Positions 25,486 through 33,730 of a stretch of 37,061 nucleotides of DNA are shown piece by piece. Numbering within the stretch: position 1 is the stretch's first letter; the number at the start of each line of letters is the position of its first letter. This DNA comes from Fidelibacterota bacterium (lineage in GTDB: Bacteria > Fidelibacterota > Marinisomatia > Marinisomatales > JABMOV01), in contig JBHHUC010000017.1 in NCBI GenBank assembly GCA_046861395.1, forward strand, positions 1 through 37,061, read 5' to 3'. The position numbers were made by a program, and so were the translations under genes. Under the pieces are notes generated by a model. That model did no database searches. It worked only from the letters and a program-made list of their open reading frames with translations, and had not been told where the DNA came from.

Positions 25486-28404
25486 TTAAAAGTCATAAGA
25501 CAGGCGCATGTAGTCATACCGTCCATTCATGCCGTAAGGGGCAAAATTGGGGTAGACGAATGCACCGTCATTATTGGAACCCAACCATTTATCCGGCGTC
25601 TGATCGGTGAAATTCTTTGATCCCACGGCCAGAGTAACAGCACCAAAGCTGTATCGGGCTTCCAGGTCGATGATGGTCTTGGCAGAGAACCACAGATCAG
25701 CGGTCCGCCGACTTTGGAATTTACCGACTTTATTGTACCGAACGGTGGCGCCGAAATCACCCATGCTGTAACGCGTGGTCAGGACCATGTTGTTTTCCGG
25801 TGTAACCGTCGTCATGGTACGTCTTTCCTTATCATCAAAGATGGATGCACCGTAATCGGCCAGTTCCGGCGGCGTAATGATATCACCGTCAATTTCAGTC
25901 TTCGTTTGGTTGTAGGCCAGATTGAAATTCAACGCACCCATGGAACTCAGGTCAAGATCGTATTCGGCAACAACATCAAATCCGGTCGTTTTGGTATTTA
26001 CAGCATTGGTAAAGAACCGACCACCGCCGCCAAAATCGGCACCGGGTACATTGTTGTCTTTCAGGAGATCATATACATGAGCCCCCAGTGACCCCGGGTC
26101 ATCATTATATGTGCGGTTACCGCTGGCATCTTCACTACCACCGGCAGTCTTGAAGTTTCCGGTGAGTACAATGCGATCGGATATGGCCACATTGTAGAAA
26201 TCAAAATTGAATTTGATTCCAGCAAATGTGACGGAAGCACCGGCACTCAGGTTATTGGAAATCTCCGGTTTCAGTTCCGTGGCACCCAAAGCCTGGGCAA
26301 CGGGATGGTCAACAGGGAAGGTTCCTACTTCAAAAGCCACCTGTTCACCGGCATCATTCACCAGGAAGTTGGTCGCAATCTTGGACTGATAGGCCTGGGC
26401 CAGAGCCGGCGCGCGGAAACCGCTGCTGAAGGCGGCCCGCAGGATCACACCATCCATGACTTCATACCGCAAGGATGCTTTGTAGCTGAAGTTGCTGCCA
26501 AAGTCACTGTAATTTTCATAACGTCCCGCCAGACCGACCCGCATACCGGTCATGACTTCCGTTTCAGCGTCGGCATAGACGGCGAAACTGGAACGATCGG
26601 CATTAATGGTTGCGTCAGCATTGGAAGGTTTGAAACCACTGAAACATTGGCAACCGCCGGAACCGTTGCTGGAATTCAATCCAAGAACAGTAGTATCTCC
26701 ATAGGCAACACCGTTGGTGTCACTAGAGGTCGTGTAAGCATCCCATCCGGCTACACTGGTTCCGTATTGACCGTTGGCATAGGAAGCCTGTTCACCGGCA
26801 TAGATCCGGAAGGATTCACTGCGGCGTTCAGCACCAACCGCCAGATCGATATTTCCCACTGTGGTAGTTAAGTCCAGATTCTGGGTTAACTGATCAAACC
26901 AGAAACCACCAATATCATAAGTGCGAAGCTTTTCCGGACCGAATGAGGCATTGGTGGAGAACATTTTGAAATGGAAATCATTCTTTCCATAGGTTGAGCT
27001 CAGATCATAGCCCCAATTCCCAAACACACCGCGGACACCAACAACGGTGCTGATGTCGGTAATGTCAGGTGTGATGTGCGGAACATATCCCGTGGGATTG
27101 GCACTGAGCCAAACTTTATGCGGTTGATCCGGTTGCCGGGTATAGCATCCCGTATCACTGTGGCGTTTGGTATAACCACCGAATGAATAAAAGGTCCGGT
27201 CGCCCTGGGGCAATTCGGCATTGTAGAAACCACCGATATTGCTTTGTAGGCCATCACCCCAAATCATACGCTGGGGATCGACATAGAAATCGCTTCCCGG
27301 ATTCAGGCGGTTCTTTTCGGCTTCGTCGTTAGACCAGTAATCGGATTCAACTTCATAATACCGTTCACCTTCAAATCCGACTCGGTTGGTCCGGCCGCGG
27401 AATCGATACTCGCCGGCAAACATGAAAAATCCGTCGTTACCCAGTGAAAAAGCATTGCTATACTGGACCTGCATGACTTCACCGTCATGTTTGACGAAAT
27501 CATCGCTGGATGTGACAAGACCGTTTTCATCGGCTTCCGTAGTGGGATTCCATTCATAGGGTTCGCCGTTGGCCTCCCAGTCATACAGGTCATACCCAAC
27601 CGGAATGGCATCGACGGTATGGTTTGAAGCCCCCTGTGTTACGACCAACTGACCATTGGTTCCAACACCCTTAAGAACGATGTTGATTACGCCAGCAATG
27701 GCATCGGAACCGTATTGAGCTGCGGCACCATCACGCAATACTTCAATCCGTTCGATGGCGGCGGCGGGAATTGCGTTTAAGTCAACACCCGTATCACCCC
27801 GGCTAGGGGAGTTATTCACATGGACCAGAGCCGTCGTATGGCGACGTTTTCCATTGACCAGGACCAAAACCTGTCCGGCGCTGAGACCCCGGAGGGTCAT
27901 GGGTCGAACGGAGTCGGATCCGTCGGCAATGGTAGTACGCGGCATGTTGAATGACGGAGCCAAAGCTTGAAGTATTTGGCCGGTCTCTGAAAAACCTGCC
28001 CGTCGGATATCCTGCGCAGTGTACACATCCACCGGCACGGCTTGTTCTTCTGCGGTTCTGGCAAAACGGGAACCGATGACGGATACTGCTTTGGCAGCGA
28101 CCACGTCAATATCCAGAGCAAAGTCCACGGTATTGGTTCCTACGCCTACCATAACGGATCGTGTGGCTGTAGTATACCCAATGAACGCTACGGATACTGT
28201 GTACGTCCCAAGCGGTACATTTGCGATTGTATATGCACCGTCCGCATCAGCGGCGGCCCCCATTGACGTACCTTCAAGCGTGATATTTGCTCCAGGTAGG
28301 GGTTCTCCGTTTTTGTTTGTTACCGTTCCGGATATTGTTCCAGTTTGGGCGAACAACATCGCAGACATCAGAAACAAAACCAAAAACACGTTGGTTTTTT
28401 TCAT
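25486..28404 (-). CDS. TonB-dependent outer membrane receptor with N-terminal carboxypeptidase-regulatory-like domain
   Basis: Signal peptide, GTISGTVT..GEPLPGANI domain, plug (LRGL...VLVLVNGKRRH; IERIEVLRDGAAAQYGSDAIAGVINIVLK), GFRAP, C-terminal LSYDF. Strong SD AAGGAGG. Confidence 0.96.
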   Translation of the reverse strand: MKKTNVFLVLFLMSAMLFAQTGTISGTVTNKNGEPLPGANITLEGTSMGAAADADGAYTIANVPLGTYTVSVAFIGYTTATRSVMVGVGTNTVDFALDIDVVAAKAVSVIGSRFARTAEEQAVPVDVYTAQDIRRAGFSETGQILQALAPSFNMPRTTIADGSDSVRPMTLRGLSAGQVLVLVNGKRRHTTALVHVNNSPSRGDTGVDLNAIPAAAIERIEVLRDGAAAQYGSDAIAGVINIVLKGVGTNGQLVVTQGASNHTVDAIPVGYDLYDWEANGEPYEWNPTTEADENGLVTSSDDFVKHDGEVMQVQYSNAFSLGNDGFFMFAGEYRFRGRTNRVGFEGERYYEVESDYWSNDEAEKNRLNPGSDFYVDPQRMIWGDGLQSNIGGFYNAELPQGDRTFYSFGGYTKRHSDTGCYTRQPDQPHKVWLSANPTGYVPHITPDITDISTVVGVRGVFGNWGYDLSSTYGKNDFHFKMFSTNASFGPEKLRTYDIGGFWFDQLTQNLDLTTTVGNIDLAVGAERRSESFRIYAGEQASYANGQYGTSVAGWDAYTTSSDTNGVAYGDTTVLGLNSSNGSGGCQCFSGFKPSNADATINADRSSFAVYADAETEVMTGMRVGLAGRYENYSDFGSNFSYKASLRYEVMDGVILRAAFSSGFRAPALAQAYQSKIATNFLVNDAGEQVAFEVGTFPVDHPVAQALGATELKPEISNNLSAGASVTFAGIKFNFDFYNVAISDRIVLTGNFKTAGGSEDASGNRTYNDDPGSLGAHVYDLLKDNNVPGADFGGGGRFFTNAVNTKTTGFDVVAEYDLDLSSMGALNFNLAYNQTKTEIDGDIITPPELADYGASIFDDKERRTMTTVTPENNMVLTTRYSMGDFGATVRYNKVGKFQSRRTADLWFSAKTIIDLEARYSFGAVTLAVGSKNFTDQTPDKWLGSNNDGAFVYPNFAPYGMNGRYDYMRLSYDF

Positions 28405-28430
28405 CTATTACCTCCTTGGTTTTCAAATCT

Positions 28431-28493
28431 TTTCTGAGAATATATCAGAAATAGAATTTGGTCAATATAAGAAACATGATGAAAGATAGTCAA
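28431..28493 (-). promoter_or_regulatory. Tandem sigma70 promoters plus palindromic operator upstream of the TonB receptor
   Basis: TTGACT-N18-TATATT (28493-28464) and TTGACC-N17-TATTCT (28465-28437). Inverted repeat TTTCTGA-N7-TCAGAAA at 28431-28451. Confidence 0.55.
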
Positions 28494-28547
28494 ATAAAAT
28501 TCCAGTTACGACTTTAGAATATCTGGAGCCCAAATGTAGGCCAACAT

Positions 28548-29300
28548 TCAGCGTCTGGAACTCAGCTTGGAAAGAAGACGGATCAGTTCAAGATATAGCC
28601 AGATAAGAGTCACCAGTAGTCCGAAGGCACCATACCATTCCATATAGGCCGGGACACCCCGTTCCGCCCCTTCTTCGATAAAATCAAAATCCAAAACAAG
28701 GTTTAGGGCAGCGATTCCCACCACCACCAGACTGAAAAGAATCCCGAAACCAGAATTGGAATGGATGACCGGAACCGCCATTCCGAACATTCCTACAATC
28801 CAGGATATGAGATATACAAAAGCCACCCCACCAGTTGCGGCAGCCACTCCCAGTTTGAAATTTTCCGTGGGTTTAATCAATCCCGATTTATAGGCTACCA
28901 GCAAAGCAGCCAGGATTCCGAAGGTCAGAAAAACCGCCTGATTGGCTACTCCGGGATAACGGGCATCGAAAATACGGGAAATACCTCCCAGGAATAATCC
29001 TTCCAGCAAGGCATAAATGGGCACGGTGGTCGGTGCCCAGTGTTTGCGGAAAATCGTAATCAGGGCGGTAATGAAGCCGCCGATAACTCCCACCATCATA
29101 TACAGACTGGCCCGGGGTGATCCCAGCGGCAGGTTCCACACATAGATGGCGGTCGTCATGAGTAACAATACGGCCAGCGCTGTTTTATTCACCGTGCCGG
29201 CGATGGTCATGGTTTTACTGCCGGTGCTGCCGGTCAGATCACGAAACGTATTGGCATTCAGAGCCGGATTTGCCGATCGCATTACTAAATGACGTGCCAT
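28548..29300 (-). CDS. Bax inhibitor-1/YccA family membrane protein
   Basis: MRSANPAL, MTIAGTVNKT, YALLEGLFLGGIS, NLVLDFDFIE.G...G.P.YMEWYGAFGLLVTLIWLYLE.IRLL; about 7 TM segments. Confidence 0.9.
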   Translation of the reverse strand: MARHLVMRSANPALNANTFRDLTGSTGSKTMTIAGTVNKTALAVLLLMTTAIYVWNLPLGSPRASLYMMVGVIGGFITALITIFRKHWAPTTVPIYALLEGLFLGGISRIFDARYPGVANQAVFLTFGILAALLVAYKSGLIKPTENFKLGVAAATGGVAFVYLISWIVGMFGMAVPVIHSNSGFGILFSLVVVGIAALNLVLDFDFIEEGAERGVPAYMEWYGAFGLLVTLIWLYLELIRLLSKLSSRR

Positions 29301-29309
29301 AAATCCTCC

Positions 29310-30770
29310 TTATCCTTCCAGATGTTCCTGTAATTGGGCCAGGATGGATTCAATGGAAATCCGTACCTGTTCCATGGTATCGCGATCCCGCAGGGTGACG
29401 GTACCGTCTTCCATGGTCTGGTGATCCACGGTAATTCCAAACGGTGTACCGGCTTCATCCTGGCGACGATAGCGTTTGCCGATGGACCCGCCGGTATCGA
29501 TAAAGGCACTGAACCGTGTCCTGATCTCATCAACGATGACACGGGCCTTGTCCACCTGTTCGCCCTTATTCATCAAGGGAAAAACGGCGCAGGTAATGGG
29601 AGCGATTTTGGGCGAAAGTTTCAGAACGACCCGTTTTTCGCCCTTGACCTCCTCTTCATGATAGGCATCAACCAGAACGGTCAAAAAGGACCGGTCCACA
29701 CCGGCGGATGCTTCCACCACGGCCGGAACAATGTGCTTATTCTGGTTGGGGTCAAAATAGGTTTGTTTCTTTTCCGCGTGGGCATTGTGCTGGTCCAGAT
29801 CAAAAGTCCCCCGGTCAGCAATACCTTCCAATTCCGACCAGCCAAAGGGAAATTCATATTCCACATCATAACAGGCCGTGGAATAATGTGCCAATTCATC
29901 CGGACCATGGGGTCGCAGACGCAGTTTTTCCCCAGTGATCCCCAATGTTTTAAACCACGTCAAGCGTTCAGCAGACCAATAGTCCAGCCAGGTGGCCGTT
30001 TCTCCGGGCAGGACAAAGAATTCCATCTCCATCTGTTCGAATTCCCGGGTGCGGAACAGAAAATTTCCGGTGGTGATTTCATTCCGAAATGATTTTCCCA
30101 TCTGGCCAATGCCGAAAGGTAGTTTCTGACGGGACGTGGATTGGACATTGGAAAAATTCACAAAAATCCCCTGAGCCGTTTCGGGACGAAAATAGGCCAC
30201 GGAAGATGAATCCTGTGTAGGACCGAGATAGGTCTGGAACATAAGATTGAATTGCCGGGGATTAGTCCACTCACCAACCGCGCCGCTATGCGGGTCACGC
30301 ACTCCGGCGGTTTTCAGCAATTGACCGGCATCATCGCCCCGGCCATTCAAGGCGGCTGTCAGAGCAAGAATGGATGTCTCCGCCGCAAGCTCTCCGGAAG
30401 CGATATCCAGATTCAATAATTCAGCCAGGGCCGCCAGAACCTTTTCTTTCTGGCCGGACAATAAATGATCCAGTCGATACCGTTTCTTGGAATCCTTGTT
30501 ATCTACCAACGGATCGCTGAAGTTGGAAATATGGCCACTGGCATCCCATACCCGGGGATGCATCAGGATGGCGGCGTCCATGCCGACAATATTTTCCCGG
30601 GCGGTAACCATGTAATGCCACCAGTGATTCTTGATATTCCGTTTCAGCTCCACGCCCAGAGGACCGTAGTCCCAGGTGCTGGCCAACCCACCATACACTT
30701 CCGAACTTTGGAAGATGAAACCGCGGCGCTTGCACAATGAAACAATTTTGTCGATCGACTTTATATTCAC
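29310..30770 (-). CDS. glyQS: Glycine--tRNA ligase, alpha2 (GlyQS) type
   Basis: KRRGFIFQSSEVYGG, DYGPLG, RPETAQGIF, GKSFRNEIT, FRTREFEQMEME, ELEGIADR, GSIGKRYRRQDEAGTP. GTG start. Confidence 0.97.
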   Translation of the reverse strand: MNIKSIDKIVSLCKRRGFIFQSSEVYGGLASTWDYGPLGVELKRNIKNHWWHYMVTARENIVGMDAAILMHPRVWDASGHISNFSDPLVDNKDSKKRYRLDHLLSGQKEKVLAALAELLNLDIASGELAAETSILALTAALNGRGDDAGQLLKTAGVRDPHSGAVGEWTNPRQFNLMFQTYLGPTQDSSSVAYFRPETAQGIFVNFSNVQSTSRQKLPFGIGQMGKSFRNEITTGNFLFRTREFEQMEMEFFVLPGETATWLDYWSAERLTWFKTLGITGEKLRLRPHGPDELAHYSTACYDVEYEFPFGWSELEGIADRGTFDLDQHNAHAEKKQTYFDPNQNKHIVPAVVEASAGVDRSFLTVLVDAYHEEEVKGEKRVVLKLSPKIAPITCAVFPLMNKGEQVDKARVIVDEIRTRFSAFIDTGGSIGKRYRRQDEAGTPFGITVDHQTMEDGTVTLRDRDTMEQVRISIESILAQLQEHLEG

Positions 30771-30800
30771 AATAGGTATCCTGTAATTCGGTAGGTGGAG

Positions 30801-31226
30801 TTAATCAAGATCTTCTAATTCTTTTTCAATCAAATCACTGTGGGGAATATTCTTGGTCTCCGCCAGAGTGGCGGCGGTAGCCTCTTTCGGTGCCCGCAGG
30901 AAAAGAATGAGAACGACGACGCCGATCCCGGCTATTATGATTGGTATGATCCAAGCGAACAGGTTGAATCCACTGGCCACCGGTACTGCCAGAATCCGTT
31001 CACCATAAATACCTACATAATATTTCAATATTTCATCTTTGGTCTTGCCCTGGTTGACAAAATCTTCAATTTCGGCTTCCAGCTGACCATGTCCATGATC
31101 ATAAACGGTTCCGCTCCAGCAACAGGGGGCCATGAGGCTTTGCTTCAATTCTTTGATTAATTCATCTCGGTTATCCTTGGCCAGAATGAGCGTAAGGAAA
31201 AACATGATAAACAGTGTTTTCTTCAT
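30801..31226 (-). CDS. CcmH/NrfF-like cytochrome c maturation protein (CC variant)
   Basis: Signal peptide, LMAPCC, GKTKDEIL.YYV..YGERILA.P...GFN..AW..P, C-terminal TM and IEKEL. Confidence 0.75.
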   Translation of the reverse strand: MKKTLFIMFFLTLILAKDNRDELIKELKQSLMAPCCWSGTVYDHGHGQLEAEIEDFVNQGKTKDEILKYYVGIYGERILAVPVASGFNLFAWIIPIIIAGIGVVVLILFLRAPKEATAATLAETKNIPHSDLIEKELEDLD

Positions 31227-33730
31227 TTTTTTCTCCGTCTGCGTTTTTTAGGTCCAGCGGCACGTCTTTTGTCGATTAACTCCACCGCCAGTTCCAGGGT
31301 AATGCTATTCATGTCCAGATCCTTTGGTAGTGAGGCATTGACTTTTCCGTCGGTAACATAGGGGCCGTAACGTCCTTCTTTGAGGACTATTAATTGTTTC
31401 GTTTCAGGATGTTCCCCGATAGATTTCAATTCCTGGGCCGGACGAGATTGTCGGGAAAAAACGGCTAATGCTTCATCCAGTGTGATGGTCAGCGGAGATA
31501 GGGGTGGTGTAAGCTTTGCATTCTGGGTTTTATGTTTCAGGTAAGGGCCGTAGCGACCGTAATCTGCAAGAATCGGTTCTCCGCTTTCAGGATGTTGGCC
31601 TACTTCCCGTGGCAAAGCCAGTAATTGCAGGGCGTATTCCAGGGTGACATCCTCCCGTGCTGTGCCTTTGGGAATTGCCTTTCGTTTTTTGGTATCACCC
31701 TGTTGAACATATAAGCCGTATGGACCGTGTTTCAGGTACACCATTTCACCACTCTTAGGGTCCTGGCCCAGTGTTTCGTCCTCTTCCGTACCGGTCGCCA
31801 GGATATCCAGCGCCTTTTTCAAATTCAAATCACCCATGGGAATATGATCCGGAACCGATTTCCGTTCTTCATTCCAGGTGATATAGGGACCATAATTCCC
31901 GATCCGAACTTCAATGGGCATGTCTTCGAAGGTGCCGAGGGAAATGGTGCAAGCTTTCCGGATATCGACCTTGGTCTGTAACATGGGCTCCAGCCCCGGG
32001 AAGGTTTCATCTCCGAAGTAGAAGGAATTGAGGACCGGGACCATGTCGGCTTCCCCGCGGGAAATGGCATCCAGATTATTTTCCATCCGGGCCGTGAAAC
32101 CGGCATCCACCAGGAGGGCGAAATGATTTTCCAATAATTGTGTGACTGCCACAGCCAGAAAGGTCGGTGTCAGCGTCCCCTTAATATTTTTAACATATTC
32201 TCGTTTTTGAATGGTATCGATGATGGAGGCGTAGGTGGACGGTCGTCCGATTCCGCGTGTTTCCAACTCCTTAATCAGGGATGCTTCGGTAAACCGGGCT
32301 GGCGGTTTGGTAATGTGATCCAGAACCGTCAGAACACCGCAAGTAAGGTTATCTTCCCGGGCAACGGAGGGCAGGACAAGCTCCCGGTCGGCGATGGCCT
32401 TTCCCGGATCATCCCGCCCTTCCACATACACCCGCATGTAACCGGGGAAAACAATAACCTTTCCCCGTGCTTCAAACCGGGAATTCTGACATGTAATTAA
32501 AAGAATGGTTTGTTTTATCCGGGCCGGAGTCATCTGACTGGCCAGGGTACGTTTCCAGATCAGATCGTATAATTTAGCGGCCTGGGTCCCCAGGGATTTG
32601 GATACAACTGCAGGAGCGGTCCATTGCGTTCCGGAGGGTCGGATGGCTTCATGTGCTTCCTGGGCATTTTTCACTTTGGTCACGTATTGGACCGGGGACT
32701 TGGGCAGATAATCCTGACCAAATTGGGACGCGATAATGCTGCGGGACCGGCTCAAGGCTTCCTGCGATAGATGGGTGGAGTCGGTGCGCATGTAGGTGAT
32801 GAATCCCGCTTCGTACAGTTGCTGGGCCAGACGCATGGTTTGCCGAGCTCCCAGCCGAAGTTTGCGTGCCGCTTCCTGTTGCAAGGTGGAAGTGGTAAAT
32901 GGTGGTCGGGGCCTGGAAACCTGAGGTTTTTCCTGAATATCGGCGATGTTCCATGGTCCCGGTTGTAATTCTTCCGCCAGCGCTTCGGCCTGTGACTTCG
33001 ACAGGACCAGAACCTTGGAATTGGACAGAACACCGGTTTCCCGGTCGAAATCATTGCCCCGGGCCAGACGCGAATCGTTTAACCGGATAAGACGGGCTTT
33101 AAATGTTTCTCCTTCTGGCGTCGCCAATTCCGCCTCCAGGTCGTAATATTCGGATGCGGTAAAGGTCGCCCGTTTCCGTTCCCGATCTACCAATATTTTC
33201 ACGGCGGCACTTTGCACCCGTCCGGCGGATAAGGGGCTATTGACAAAAGACATGGTTTTTTGCAGGGTATTCCACAGGATGGGAGAAATTTTATAACCCA
33301 CTAGACGATCAATGATGCGTCGGGCTTTTTGCGCGGCCACGAGATGTTCGTCAATTGGGTGTGCTTCGGACATCCCCTGGGCCACCCCGGCCTTAGTAAT
33401 TTCCGTAAACTGGACGCGGACAATGTTGGCTTTGGGTATTTCGCTGGCCAGATGATCGGCGATGGCTTCACCTTCCCGGTCAGGGTCAGTAGCCAGTACG
33501 ACTTTTTCAGCGACTTTGGCCTTTTGTTTTAATTCCCGGATGAAAGTCTTGCGGTCCGGCAACACTTCCAGCTTGATGGCGAACTGATTATCCACGTCAA
33601 TACCCAGTTCTTTGCGCGGCAGGTCCTTGATATGGCCGACGCAGGCCAGCACTTCATATTCCCCTGAGGTATATTGTGAAATCGTACGGGCCTTGGTGGG
33701 GGATTCGACGATTAATAATGGTTTGCTCAT
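31223..33730 (-). CDS. topA: DNA topoisomerase I
   Basis: IVESPTKA, GHIKDL, ATDPDREGE, SAGRVQS, GFITYMRTDS (catalytic Tyr), QEAHEAIRP, GIGRPSTYA. Four G.YG.Y C-terminal repeats and a basic tail. Confidence 0.97.
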   Translation of the reverse strand: MSKPLLIVESPTKARTISQYTSGEYEVLACVGHIKDLPRKELGIDVDNQFAIKLEVLPDRKTFIRELKQKAKVAEKVVLATDPDREGEAIADHLASEIPKANIVRVQFTEITKAGVAQGMSEAHPIDEHLVAAQKARRIIDRLVGYKISPILWNTLQKTMSFVNSPLSAGRVQSAAVKILVDRERKRATFTASEYYDLEAELATPEGETFKARLIRLNDSRLARGNDFDRETGVLSNSKVLVLSKSQAEALAEELQPGPWNIADIQEKPQVSRPRPPFTTSTLQQEAARKLRLGARQTMRLAQQLYEAGFITYMRTDSTHLSQEALSRSRSIIASQFGQDYLPKSPVQYVTKVKNAQEAHEAIRPSGTQWTAPAVVSKSLGTQAAKLYDLIWKRTLASQMTPARIKQTILLITCQNSRFEARGKVIVFPGYMRVYVEGRDDPGKAIADRELVLPSVAREDNLTCGVLTVLDHITKPPARFTEASLIKELETRGIGRPSTYASIIDTIQKREYVKNIKGTLTPTFLAVAVTQLLENHFALLVDAGFTARMENNLDAISRGEADMVPVLNSFYFGDETFPGLEPMLQTKVDIRKACTISLGTFEDMPIEVRIGNYGPYITWNEERKSVPDHIPMGDLNLKKALDILATGTEEDETLGQDPKSGEMVYLKHGPYGLYVQQGDTKKRKAIPKGTAREDVTLEYALQLLALPREVGQHPESGEPILADYGRYGPYLKHKTQNAKLTPPLSPLTITLDEALAVFSRQSRPAQELKSIGEHPETKQLIVLKEGRYGPYVTDGKVNASLPKDLDMNSITLELAVELIDKRRAAGPKKRRRRKK

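Noticed and set aside
26305..26871. 188-aa plus-strand ORF (and 156-aa ORF at 28019-28489)
   Set aside because: Antisense shadows of the TonB receptor gene with no recognisable motifs.
28501..28527. TCCAGTTA-N11-TATCTGGA hairpin as the yccA terminator
   Set aside because: Short mismatched stem with a long loop; plausible but too weak to call.
28405..28547. Fur box or cobalamin/TPP riboswitch upstream of the TonB receptor
   Set aside because: Only one Fur-like half-site (ATTCTCA) with wrong dyad spacing. The leader is short, AT-rich and lacks riboswitch core motifs.
29334..30092. 252-aa plus-strand ORF
   Set aside because: Entirely antisense to glyQS, with no motifs; a typical shadow ORF.
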